From: Thermoplasmata archaeon
GTDB taxonomy: Archaea > Thermoplasmatota > Thermoplasmata > Lutacidiplasmatales > UBA184
DNA: 64,000 bases
Reading direction: 5' to 3'
Assembly: GCA_022749895.1 (NCBI GenBank)
Contig: JAKIWS010000002.1
Location: 24,387 to 88,386, forward strand
Shown in pieces: positions 7,462-16,186 of this stretch. A model generated the notes under the pieces. The model was not told where the DNA came from. It saw only the letters and a list, made by a program, of their open reading frames with translations, and made no database searches. Position numbers and translations under genes: made by a program. Each line of letters opens with the position of its first letter. Positions within the stretch are counted from its first letter, which is position 1.

Positions 7462-8322
7462 CTACGGCTTCTCGATCGGGCTTCGGATCTGGTTGCCCCA
7501 CTCGGTCCACGAGCCGTCGTAATTGCGGACGTCGGGGTACCCGAGGAGGTACTTCAGCACGAACCAGGTGTGGCTCGACCGTTCGCCGATCCGGCAGTAC
7601 GTGATCACCGGTTGGGTCGACGCGACGCCCTTTCCGCCGTACAGCGCGGCCAAGTCGGGACGGCTCTTGAACGTCCCGTCGTCGTTCACCGCTTGCGCCC
7701 AGGGGATGTTGACGGCGCCCGGGATGTGGCCGCCGCGCTGGGCGTGCTCGTTCGGGTACTCGGGCGGTGCGGTCACCTCGCCCGTGAACTCCTTCGGTCC
7801 TCGAACGTCGACGAGCTTGACGCCGCCGGATTTGACGCTCGGGAGCTCCCGCCGCACATCGTCGAGGTACGCCCGAAGCCTCTCGTCCGGCCTCCCCGCG
7901 GTGTACGAGGTGGCGGCGTACGTGGGGACGTCCTTCGTGAGCGGACGATCTTCCGCGATCCATTTCTTCCGCCCGCCGTTCATGAGACGGATGTCGGCGA
8001 AGCCGTAGTACTTGAACGTCCAGAAGGCGAACGCCGCGAACCAGTTGTTGAAATCCCCGTACAGGACGAGGGTCGTCGACGCGTCGATGCCGTTCCGCCG
8101 GAACAGCGCGGTGAGCGCCTCCGCCCCCAGCAGGTCGCGCCGGACGGGGTCGTTGATGTCCTTGCGCCAGTCGACGAGCACCGAGCCCGGGAGGTGCCCG
8201 AGCTCGTAGTTCGCCGCCGGGTCGTAGTCGACCTCGGCGACCCGGACCTTCGGGTCCTTGAGATGGCCGCTCACCCACTCCGTATCGACCAAGACCTCCG
8301 GATGCGCATACGCGTCGCTCAT
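7462..8322 (-). CDS. Thiosulfate/3-mercaptopyruvate sulfurtransferase (tandem rhodanese domains)
   Basis: ATG 8322 (MSDAYAHPEVLVDTEWV) lies inside ORF 7462..8556. The two-rhodanese layout is present, with active-site loop CRIGERSS near the C-terminus. Confidence 0.85.
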   Translation of the reverse strand: MSDAYAHPEVLVDTEWVSGHLKDPKVRVAEVDYDPAANYELGHLPGSVLVDWRKDINDPVRRDLLGAEALTALFRRNGIDASTTLVLYGDFNNWFAAFAFWTFKYYGFADIRLMNGGRKKWIAEDRPLTKDVPTYAATSYTAGRPDERLRAYLDDVRRELPSVKSGGVKLVDVRGPKEFTGEVTAPPEYPNEHAQRGGHIPGAVNIPWAQAVNDDGTFKSRPDLAALYGGKGVASTQPVITYCRIGERSSHTWFVLKYLLGYPDVRNYDGSWTEWGNQIRSPIEKP

Positions 8323-8431
8323 CGTTGTCCTCCGGGGGCCCGACGGCTGCCCGAATAAAGGGTCCACGGCGCGCACAGAACCGTCCGACCGGCGCCGGAA
8401 CGGCGCATGCGAGAGCGAACTGTTCCCCAGC

Positions 8432-8746
8432 TCAGTGGCGGCCGCGCTTCGGGAGTTGGGCGTTCGAGACCTCGACCGTCTCGGGGTCGAAACCCAAGCG
8501 CGAGAGCTCGTCGCGGATGCGGGCGCGGTGGTCGCCCTGGAGGTAGACCTCCCCATCGACCACGCTACCGCCGGTCGCGAGTCGGTTCTTCAGCGAACGC
8601 GTCGTCTCCGCGAGGTCGACCCCCGGGGGGAAGCCGGAGATCACGGTCGCGGGCTTGTTGTACCGACGCGGCTCGGCGCGGACGCGGATCCGGGCCGTCT
8701 CCCGGTCGAGCGCGGAGAGGATCTCGTCAAACTCGTCGTCCCCCAT
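8432..8746 (-). CDS. Translation initiation factor SUI1 / aIF1
   Basis: ATG 8746 lies inside ORF 8432..8833. The sequence RIRVRAEPRRYNKPATVISGF...LKNRLATGGSVVDGEVYLQGDHRARIRDEL is the typical SUI1 fold. Confidence 0.85.
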   Translation of the reverse strand: MGDDEFDEILSALDRETARIRVRAEPRRYNKPATVISGFPPGVDLAETTRSLKNRLATGGSVVDGEVYLQGDHRARIRDELSRLGFDPETVEVSNAQLPKRGRH

Positions 8747-8936
8747 CGTCTCCGTACTTCCTACGTCCGCCCCGGGCGAGGGTCCCCGAAACGTCCACGC
8801 CCATAATTCCGAGGTCCGGACACCTCCGGCCACGTGCCGGCGAGGCGACGGACGGTTCGAGTACGATGGGGCACCAAGGTTCTGATGACCGCGGAGCGTA
8901 TCAATATTGGGGGTCCGCGCCGGGGTGAAATCTGCT

Positions 8937-9710
8937 TCACACGCCTCTCCAGCGGTAGAGGCGGAGCGCGATCGCCGTGCCGAGGATCGCGGAGACCACG
9001 AGGAGGACAGCGTAGAGCTCCATCGTCGACGCGCCGAGCGACCCAGGCGCGAGCACCCCGCGCAGAAGGAGCGCCGCGTACGTCGACGGTAGGCACAGCG
9101 CGGCGTCGCGCCAGAGCGGGGGGACGGCGCTCAGCGGGTAGTAGAGCGGCGTCAACATCCCCACCACCGTGAAGACGAGGCTCCCGACCGGCCAGATCTC
9201 CCGCTGGCTCTTGACGCGGCTCGAGATCGCGATGCCGATCGCCGAGAAGAGGACCCAAAGGACCGCGATCGCGGCGATGAGGACCGGCCAGAACAGGAGC
9301 GGGACGACGGTGACCGAGGCGAGGACGATCGCGAGCACGACGAGCGCGGGGGCCGCCGGGATGAGGTTCGAGAGCGCGATCCCGAACAGGTAGCGGACCT
9401 TTCCGAGGGGCGACGCGACGAACAGGTCCTGGAGCCCGGTGTGGATCCTCCAGGTCGCGGAATCGCCGAGCACCCAGCTCCCGATGTTCTGCGTCGTGAA
9501 CAGCATCGCGCCGACGACCTCCGCGGGGAACAGCGAGGCCGGCGAGATGATGCGGAGGAAGTACAGGAAGATGAACGGGATCAGGATCGGCGCGACGGTC
9601 GCCGCGGGGTTCCGGCTGATCCACCGCCAGCCGATGATCGCGAATGCCGGGACGACCTGACCGCCCGACGTCTCGGCGACGGTCTTGGGAGGGCTCAACG
9701 CCACGCTCAT
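8937..9710 (-). CDS. ABC-2 type transporter permease
   Basis: ATG 9710 (MSVALSPPKTV...) lies inside ORF 8937..10250. The protein is polytopic and hydrophobic, with about 6 TM spans. There is a 4-nt ATGA overlap with the upstream permease gene. Confidence 0.75.
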   Translation of the reverse strand: MSVALSPPKTVAETSGGQVVPAFAIIGWRWISRNPAATVAPILIPFIFLYFLRIISPASLFPAEVVGAMLFTTQNIGSWVLGDSATWRIHTGLQDLFVASPLGKVRYLFGIALSNLIPAAPALVVLAIVLASVTVVPLLFWPVLIAAIAVLWVLFSAIGIAISSRVKSQREIWPVGSLVFTVVGMLTPLYYPLSAVPPLWRDAALCLPSTYAALLLRGVLAPGSLGASTMELYAVLLVVSAILGTAIALRLYRWRGV

Positions 9711-10465
9711 CGTTCCCGCACCGACCGGCGCGACCAGTAGACGGCGAAGAGGAACATCGCGGCCGCTTCGGCAGCGAGGGATCCAGTGGCGAGCACCACG
9801 TCGCCCGACGAGAGCAGGCCCGGGGCGAGCGCGTTCTGGACGAGCCCGGTCGCCGCGCTGGGCGGGAGGGCGAGAGCGATCGGCACCGCCGAGGCGGGCT
9901 GGAGGAGCCCGTACGGGTAGAAGACCGGCGGCAGGATGCCGAACAGATTGTAGAACAGGCTCGCGTACGGCCAGATGGTCCGCATATCCTGAAAGACGGT
10001 CGAGACGACGTAGCCGAAGCTCACCGCGAACAGCCAGACGGCCACGGAGGTGAGCGCGAGGGTCACGGCCGTCGCCGCCGAAAAATGGAGGATCGCTTCG
10101 GCCACCACGACCAGGACGAGGATCGGAGGGAGGTAGGCGAGCAGGATCCCGCCCGCCATCCCGAGGAAGTACGCTTCCGGGGCGAGCGGGGAAGCGCCGT
10201 AGAGCTGGTTCAACCGGTGGTCGATCCGGACGTACGCCGCCTCGTTCCACACCCGCTGTCCGAGGGTAAAGAACGAGAAGATGATGGCCCCCACGAGAGC
10301 GACGGCGAGATACTGCGGGGCCAGGATCGTCACGAAGATCAGGAGCACGGCCTGGATCGTCATCGACGTCGCGACCGCCATGTTCTCGTGCAACTGGACC
10401 CTAAGCTCCGTGATCAGGAACGGACCGAGTCCCCGGAAGGTCGGGAGCCGGGCGAACGCGCCCAT
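9707..10465 (-). CDS. ABC-2 type transporter permease (paralog)
   Basis: ORF 9707..10465 encodes a polytopic hydrophobic protein. It sits directly downstream of the ATPase gene (3-nt gap). Confidence 0.75.
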   Translation of the reverse strand: MGAFARLPTFRGLGPFLITELRVQLHENMAVATSMTIQAVLLIFVTILAPQYLAVALVGAIIFSFFTLGQRVWNEAAYVRIDHRLNQLYGASPLAPEAYFLGMAGGILLAYLPPILVLVVVAEAILHFSAATAVTLALTSVAVWLFAVSFGYVVSTVFQDMRTIWPYASLFYNLFGILPPVFYPYGLLQPASAVPIALALPPSAATGLVQNALAPGLLSSGDVVLATGSLAAEAAAMFLFAVYWSRRSVRER

Positions 10466-10468
10466 CGC

Positions 10469-11449
10469 CTAGCTCGCCTCGTCGTCGATCGAACGGCCGA
10501 CGGCGCGGAGGAACGCCTCCTCCAGCGTGACCGGCCCGACGGTGGCGTGGAGCCCGTGCCGCAGGGCGAGGTCCATGATCTCGTTGAGCTGGGCCGGCTC
10601 GGTGATCACGTGCACCGCTTCCGCGTCGGCGACGCAGTTGCCGAACGGCGCGAACAGCGCCCGAACCGCGTCCCCCCCGGGCACGGAGACCCGAAGCGTG
10701 CCGCCGACCCGGTGCTTGAGCGCGTCCGCCGTCCCCTCGACCAGCACCCGGCCGCGGTCGACGATGTAGAGCCGCTCCGCCAGCGCCTCCGCCTCGTCGA
10801 GGTAGTGGGTCGTGAGGAGGATCGTCGAGCCTTTCCGCGTGAGCCGCCGCAGGCACTCCCACACCGCCCGCCGGGCGAACGGGTCCATCCCGATCGTCGG
10901 CTCGTCGAGGAAGAGCAGCGGCGCCTCGGTCGCGATCACCGTCGCCACCATCGTGCGCTGGCGCTGACCCCCGGACAGGGTGACGCTCAGCCGGTCGGCG
11001 ACCTCTTCGATCCCCATCTGGGCGAGGGCTTCGTCGGTCCGCTGCTTCGCGGTCGTCCGGTCGAACCCCCGGGCGCGCAGGTACGTGTACACCTGCTCGC
11101 GGGGCGTGAGGTGGAAGAACGGCTTGCCCTCCTGCGGAACGACGGCGATCAACGGCCGGACCCGGTCGGCGTCGCGGTCGACGTCGTGGCCGAAGACAAG
11201 GACCTCGCCGGAGGTGGGGGTCAGGAGGGTCGACGCGATCTTGAGGAACGTCGTCTTCCCGGCGCCGTTCCGCCCGAGGAGCCCGACGCGTTCCCCGGGC
11301 CGGATCGTCATCGATACACCGCTGAGCGCCTCGACCGCCCCATCGTCGACCCGGCCACCGCCGTCGGCGCCGCGGTGGCGCCACCCGGCCCAACGTCGGG
11401 TCTGGTAGACCTTCCGCACGTTGGTTGCGTGGATCGCGTCGACGGTCAC
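10469..11449 (-). CDS. ABC transporter ATP-binding protein (ABC-2/DrrA-like exporter ATPase)
   Basis: ORF 10469..11449 (GTG start). Walker A is GRNGAGKTT, the signature is LSGGQRQR and Walker B is LLFLDEPT. Confidence 0.9.
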   Translation of the reverse strand: MTVDAIHATNVRKVYQTRRWAGWRHRGADGGGRVDDGAVEALSGVSMTIRPGERVGLLGRNGAGKTTFLKIASTLLTPTSGEVLVFGHDVDRDADRVRPLIAVVPQEGKPFFHLTPREQVYTYLRARGFDRTTAKQRTDEALAQMGIEEVADRLSVTLSGGQRQRTMVATVIATEAPLLFLDEPTIGMDPFARRAVWECLRRLTRKGSTILLTTHYLDEAEALAERLYIVDRGRVLVEGTADALKHRVGGTLRVSVPGGDAVRALFAPFGNCVADAEAVHVITEPAQLNEIMDLALRHGLHATVGPVTLEEAFLRAVGRSIDDEAS

Positions 11450-11473
11450 GGCGGCGGCCGAGCTGTCAAGTGC

Positions 11474-11480
11474 TATTTAA
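11474..11480 (-). promoter_or_regulatory. TATA-like box (TTAAATA on minus strand) about 28 nt upstream of GTG 11449
   Basis: The minus strand reads GGTTAAATAGCAC. The spacing is consistent with a leaderless or short-leader transcript for the ABC operon. Confidence 0.4.
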
Positions 11481-11516
11481 CCGCCCAAAAAGGCGGGTTC
11501 AGGTGGGGCTCCCAGG

Positions 11517-11533
11517 CCGGAAACGGTTTCCGG
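11517..11533. repeat. Perfect 17-nt palindrome CCGGAAAC-G-GTTTCCGG
   Basis: Read directly from the sequence. It lies 37-53 nt downstream of the iscA-like stop and upstream of the ABC operon promoter. A nearby T5 run (minus strand, 11487-11491) could serve as an archaeal terminator. Confidence 0.5.
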
Positions 11534-11569
11534 TACTAGGAGAATGTTAGCGGGCGCGGGGCGGACGAT

Positions 11570-11962
11570 CTATCCGCACCCGCAGCCGCCGCCCGCTTCC
11601 GAGCTGTTGCCGCACGAGCCGCACCCGCCGGCCTGCCCGCCGGCGTCGGGTTCGGGCAGCGTCGGGTTCGTGATCTTGAAGCCGGACTCCTTGAGTCCTT
11701 CGACGTAGTCGATGACGGCGCCGTTGACGAACTGCTGGCTCATCGGGTCGATGAGGATCGAGAAGCCGTCGACCTTGACGACCTCGTCGTCCGGCCGGGC
11801 CTTGGCGAACGCCATCCCGAACTGGACCGCGCCACCGCCGCCTCCGCAGCAGCCGCCGCCCCCGGGTTGGGCGTAAACGCGCACCCCGATCTCCGGCTTC
11901 TGGCCGGCCATCAGGCGCTGAACCTGGGCGACCGCCCCTGCCTTGACCTCGACCTGCACCAT
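11570..11962 (-). CDS. HesB/IscA-family iron-sulfur cluster insertion protein with Gly/Cys-rich insert and tail
   Basis: ATG 11962 (MVQVEVKAGAV...) lies inside ORF 11570..12415. The IscA-like core is GVRVYAQPGGGGCCGGGGG...FSILIDPMSQQFVNGAVIDYV, and the C-terminus ends ...GGGCGCG (the CGC motif of A-type carriers). Confidence 0.75.
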   Translation of the reverse strand: MVQVEVKAGAVAQVQRLMAGQKPEIGVRVYAQPGGGGCCGGGGGAVQFGMAFAKARPDDEVVKVDGFSILIDPMSQQFVNGAVIDYVEGLKESGFKITNPTLPEPDAGGQAGGCGSCGNSSEAGGGCGCG

Positions 11963-12185
11963 GGTCCGTTCTCCACCCGTTGTACGCACGAGTCGCCGCT
12001 TAAGCATTCCCCCATCGGTGACCCCGGAGTAAGCAGTCCCGGAGCGGACCCATGTCGCGTGCGAGCGCCTAGGTCGACGGCACAACCCGGGACCCCCCCC
12101 GACGGTCGCTCCTCCGACAGGCGGTGGAGGCTCTCCGCCGGCCCGATAGCGAGGTTCGTACATGGGGGCATAAAGTCGTCCGCCG

Positions 12186-13508
12186 ATGAGTCGGCGTCCT
12201 TCGAGGGAGCGATTCGAAATGCCAGCCGCGGGGGTCGGGGCGGCGCTCGATACCGCTCGTTTGAACTCGCCGACACCTCCGACTCCGAGCGCCCCGGACG
12301 GTGCGTCCCTCACCCTCTTCGTGCTCGGTTTCGACCTCGCGGGCGGCTCGCTCGACGAGCTCGAGCGCGTCGCTCGGGAGATGACGGAGGAACGTGTCAC
12401 ACGGATGTTCGGCACGATCGCCGGCGTGGCCGAACTCCTCGTGCTCCGAACATGTCAACGCATCGAACTCTACGGTATCGCGTCGAAGGAGCTCGCCGCT
12501 TCCCACGTGCGCAACCGACTCCCGACCCCCGAGCGGTGGAGGCTCCGCCAGGACGACGAGGCCGTTGCCCACCTGCTGCGCGTCGCGGCCGGCTTGGAAT
12601 CGGTCGCGGTCGGTGAAAAGGAAGTACGGGCGCAGATCGACCACGCCCGGGGCTCGGTCCATTCCCGGCATCCCCGACCCGTCCTCAAGGAGCTCTTCGC
12701 CGAGGCCCGAAGGACCGCGGACCGGTGCGCCCCGGACCCGTCGCCCGCCCGGTCGATCGCCGCCCTCGCGGCCTCGAAGGTCCTCGAGGAATGCGGCGAT
12801 CCGTTCCCGCGGGTTCTCGTCGTCGGGGCCGGCGTCGTAGGTCGTCAGGTCGCCGAGCTCCTCGCTCCGCGCGCCCGAGTTACGTTGGTGTACCGCCACC
12901 ACCCGCCGGACCCGACGTTCCTCCGCGCCTTCGGGATCCGGGCCGTTCCGGCCCGCCAGATGCCCGAGGAGCTGGCCCTGTGCGACGCGACCGTCACCGC
13001 CGCCAAATCCGCGGGGCGCCTCCTGGACCCGACCGATTTCGAGCGGCCGACGGCGGCGGGGCGACCGAGGCTCGTGATCGACCTGGGGGTACCTCGCAAC
13101 GTCGACCCGAGCGCCGGTCGGGTGCCCGGGGTGCGCCTCGTCGACCTCGCAGGCCTGGGCTCCTCGTCCCGATCGCGGGAAGGGATCGACCCGGTGGCCG
13201 AGCGGGTCGACGGCGAGGTCGATCGAGTGTACCGGCTCTTTCTCCGCGAGACCATCGAACCGTGGGTCACGGCGCTGTTCCATCGCGCCGAAGCGATACG
13301 GCAACGCGAACTCACTGGAGCCCGGCCGCATCTCGGCGACCTCAGCCCCGAGCAGCTCGGAGCCATCGACCTCCTGACCACCCGGATCACCCGCCAGCTG
13401 CTCCTCCCGGCCGCACGACGCCTGCGGGCCAGCGGAGGCGGGTCGGAGGAGGCTCGATTGCGGCACGCCGCGCTCGAGCTGTTTCCCCCCGACGCGCCCC
13501 CGCCGTGA
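12186..13508 (+). CDS. hemA: Glutamyl-tRNA reductase
   Basis: ORF 12186..13508. The active-site region is LRTCQRIELY (family TCNRxE). HLLRVAAGLESVAVGEKEV and a Rossmann segment VLVVGAGVVGRQV are also present. Confidence 0.9.
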   Translation: MSRRPSRERFEMPAAGVGAALDTARLNSPTPPTPSAPDGASLTLFVLGFDLAGGSLDELERVAREMTEERVTRMFGTIAGVAELLVLRTCQRIELYGIASKELAASHVRNRLPTPERWRLRQDDEAVAHLLRVAAGLESVAVGEKEVRAQIDHARGSVHSRHPRPVLKELFAEARRTADRCAPDPSPARSIAALAASKVLEECGDPFPRVLVVGAGVVGRQVAELLAPRARVTLVYRHHPPDPTFLRAFGIRAVPARQMPEELALCDATVTAAKSAGRLLDPTDFERPTAAGRPRLVIDLGVPRNVDPSAGRVPGVRLVDLAGLGSSSRSREGIDPVAERVDGEVDRVYRLFLRETIEPWVTALFHRAEAIRQRELTGARPHLGDLSPEQLGAIDLLTTRITRQLLLPAARRLRASGGGSEEARLRHAALELFPPDAPPP

Positions 13509-14419
13509 GCGCCCCGATCCGGGTCGGGACGCGAAAGAGCGCGCTCGCCCTCGCCCAATGCGACTCCGTCGTCCGCACGCTTCGCACCCTGGCGCCGACC
13601 CGGGAGGTCGCGATCCGGCCGATGACGACCGCGGGCGATCGGGACCGTCGCCGAACCGCGTCCCCGGATTTCACCGACGCGATCGAGGAGGCCCTGCTCC
13701 GCCAGGAGATCGACCTCGCCGTCCACAGCGCGAAGGACCTGCCCGCGCGGTTACGCTCCGGCCTGACCCTCGCGGCGTTCCCCCGACGGGCGGACCCGCG
13801 CGACTGCTTCGTCCTCCGGGAGGCGCGGTCGTTTTCCGCCCTCCCTTCCGGCGCTCGGCTCGGTTCGAGCAGCCTTCGGCGGCAGGCCCAGCTGCTCGCC
13901 TGGCGACCGGACATCGAGGTCGTTCCGGTCCGGGGCAACGTCGACTCGCGTCTCGCGCACCTCGCTCGCGGAGACCTCGCCGGGATCGTCCTCGCCGTGG
14001 CAGGCCTCGCCCGCCTCGGCCGCGCCGACGTCATCACCGAGGTCGCCGACCCGCGCGCCCTCGTACCGGCCCCGGGCCAGGGCGCCCTCGCGATCGAGGT
14101 ACGAACGAAGGACCGGTCGCTGCTCCGCCTTGTTCGGGCCCTCGATCACGGAGCGACCCGAGCGGCGGTAACCGCGGAGCGGTCGTTCTCCGCATCCCTC
14201 GGCGGCGAGTGCAATCTTCCTCTGGGAAGCCTCGCCAGGGCCCGAGGGGGGCGGCTTCGCCTCGTGGGGGACGTACTCTCCCCCGACGGCCGCCGTCGGA
14301 TCCGAGGCAGCACCACCGGACCAACGTCGTCGGCGCACCGGCTCGGCGTCGAGCTGGGTCGTCGGCTGCGGGCGAACGGAGCCGGGCAGCTGCTCTCGGA
14401 GATCCGGAGCACCGCGTGA
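13505..14419 (+). CDS. hemC: Hydroxymethylbilane synthase (porphobilinogen deaminase)
   Basis: GTG 13505 overlaps the hemA stop (GTGA). Family strings are IRVGTRKSALALAQ, DLAVHSAKDLP, RGNVDSRL and the cofactor-Cys region GGECNLPLG. Confidence 0.9.
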   Translation: MSAPIRVGTRKSALALAQCDSVVRTLRTLAPTREVAIRPMTTAGDRDRRRTASPDFTDAIEEALLRQEIDLAVHSAKDLPARLRSGLTLAAFPRRADPRDCFVLREARSFSALPSGARLGSSSLRRQAQLLAWRPDIEVVPVRGNVDSRLAHLARGDLAGIVLAVAGLARLGRADVITEVADPRALVPAPGQGALAIEVRTKDRSLLRLVRALDHGATRAAVTAERSFSASLGGECNLPLGSLARARGGRLRLVGDVLSPDGRRRIRGSTTGPTSSAHRLGVELGRRLRANGAGQLLSEIRSTA

Positions 14420-15453
14420 GGTCACCGCCACCGGTGGTGCTGGTCGCCGCAGCGACGGAGACCCTGGGGGACCTCCAGCTCGGACTCGAGCGGGTCGGTA
14501 TCCGGGTGCATCGAATCCTCACCTTGAGGATGGAGCGCGTCGACCCGCGCTCGCTGCGCCGCGAGTTCGGTCGGATCGGTGCGCCGGAGCACGCCGTCAT
14601 CAGCAGCCAAGCGGCCATCGCCGCCTTTGTTCGCCCGGTCCTTGGCTCTCCGGCTCGCGGCTCCCGTCGATTCGGCCTCTACTCTGCAGGGCCTGCGACG
14701 ACCCGGTCGTTGCGGGAACTCGGCTGGAGGAGCGTGCGCCAAAGCCGCCCGGCCGGCCTCGAGGGAATCGCCCGCGCGCTCGTTCGGGACCGGGTGACCT
14801 CGGTCGTTCACCCGACTTCGGATCTCGGATTCGGACGGCTACCCCGGCTGCTGCGGAGGAGGGGGATCATCGTGCACGAGCTCGTCGCCTACCGCGCTCG
14901 CCCGGTCGGCCGACTGTCGCGCAGGTCGATGGAGGCGGTCGCGACGTGTGCCGTCGTCGTCGCCACAAGCCCGTCCGCGCTCCGCGCGCTGGTGGCGTTG
15001 CTTCCTCGACGCGAGCTCGCTCCCCTCGCCCGCCGCGCGATCGTCTTCGCCTGGGGGAGGAGTACCAGGACGGCCGCCACGGAGCTCGGATTCCGAACGC
15101 GGCAGATCCCGGTCGCCGCCTCGGAGCAAGGCTTTACGGGGGCCTCGTTCACGGCGCTCGCTGATGCCGCGGCCCCATCCCCCCGCGCGCCCCGGCGGCG
15201 GTTTTCCGGCGAAGATGCGCATGCGCCGGCTCCGCCGGACGAGCGGCCTACGGGAGCTCCTCGCCGAGCACGACCTCCCCGTCCGACGGCTCGTCTACCC
15301 GATGTTCGTGCGGCCCGGCAGCGGGGCACCGGAAACAATCCGCTCGCTCCCGGGGATCCGGCGCTACGCCGTGGACGACGCCGTGCGTCACGCCGGCGAC
15401 GCGCACGGTCAGGGGATTCCGGCCGTGTTGTTGTTCGGCCTCGCTCACCGTAA
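14416..15453 (+). CDS. hemD: Uroporphyrinogen-III synthase (with about 95-aa Arg/Pro-rich 3' extension overlapping hemB)
   Basis: GTG 14416 overlaps the hemC stop (GTGA). A HemD-like two-lobe sequence runs to about 15170 (…VVVATSPSALRALV…IVFAWGRSTRTAATELGF). The frame then stays open to 15453 as low-complexity sequence. Confidence 0.7.
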   Translation: MRSPPPVVLVAAATETLGDLQLGLERVGIRVHRILTLRMERVDPRSLRREFGRIGAPEHAVISSQAAIAAFVRPVLGSPARGSRRFGLYSAGPATTRSLRELGWRSVRQSRPAGLEGIARALVRDRVTSVVHPTSDLGFGRLPRLLRRRGIIVHELVAYRARPVGRLSRRSMEAVATCAVVVATSPSALRALVALLPRRELAPLARRAIVFAWGRSTRTAATELGFRTRQIPVAASEQGFTGASFTALADAAAPSPRAPRRRFSGEDAHAPAPPDERPTGAPRRARPPRPTARLPDVRAARQRGTGNNPLAPGDPALRRGRRRASRRRRARSGDSGRVVVRPRSP

Positions 15454-16186
15454 GGATCCGCGCGGCCGTGAGGCGCGCGACCCGTCGGGGGCGGTCCCGC
15501 GCGCGATCCGGGGGATCAAGCGGCTCTGGCCGGATCTCGTCGTCGCGACGGACGTCTGCCTCTGCGCCTACACCTCCCACGGTCACTGCGGGGTCCTCAA
15601 AGACGGGCGCGTCGACAACGACGCGACGCTCCCCCTACTGGCCGAGATGGCCGCCGTGCACGCGGCGGCCGGGGCGGATTTCGTCGCGCCGAGCGCCATG
15701 ATGGACCACCAGGTTGCGGCGTTGCGCCACGCCCTGGATGACCAGGGTTTCTCCGGGACCGGCGTCCTCGCGTACGGCGCCAAGTTCGCGTCGGCGTTCT
15801 ACGGACCGTTCCGGGACGCGGCCGATTCCGCCCCCGCCTTCGGGGACCGGCGGGAGTACCAGCTCGACCCGCGCAACGGCCGCGAAGCCGACCGCGAGAT
15901 CGACCTGGATGTCGAAGAGGGGGCGGACATCGTGATGGTCAAGCCCGCGCTCCCCGCGTTGGATATCCTCGCGCGCGCGCGGCAGCGTCACGCGATCCCC
16001 CTCGCCGCGTTCCAGGTCAGCGGGGAGTACGCGATGCTGAAGGCGGCGGGTCGGGCCGGCGCCCTCGACGAAGCGGCCGCCGTGATGGAGAGCCTCACCG
16101 TCATCCGCCGGGCCGGCGCCGACCTCATCGTGACGTACTTCGCTCCCGACGTGGCGCGGTGGGCGCGGCGGTCGGAGGAGCGGTGA
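15215..16186 (+). CDS. hemB: Porphobilinogen synthase (delta-aminolevulinate dehydratase), Zn-type
   Basis: ATG 15215 (MRMRRLRRTSGLRELL) lies inside ORF 14948..16186. The Zn site is DVCLCAYTSHGHCG and the active-site Lys context is IVMVKPALPALD. Confidence 0.9.
   Translation: MRMRRLRRTSGLRELLAEHDLPVRRLVYPMFVRPGSGAPETIRSLPGIRRYAVDDAVRHAGDAHGQGIPAVLLFGLAHRKDPRGREARDPSGAVPRAIRGIKRLWPDLVVATDVCLCAYTSHGHCGVLKDGRVDNDATLPLLAEMAAVHAAAGADFVAPSAMMDHQVAALRHALDDQGFSGTGVLAYGAKFASAFYGPFRDAADSAPAFGDRREYQLDPRNGREADREIDLDVEEGADIVMVKPALPALDILARARQRHAIPLAAFQVSGEYAMLKAAGRAGALDEAAAVMESLTVIRRAGADLIVTYFAPDVARWARRSEER

Noticed and set aside
9644-11539. 631-aa plus-strand ORF opposite the ABC permease and ATPase genes
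   Set aside because: It lies antisense to genes with clear Walker A/B and signature motifs. Its composition (R, D, E, G, P runs) has no recognisable domain.
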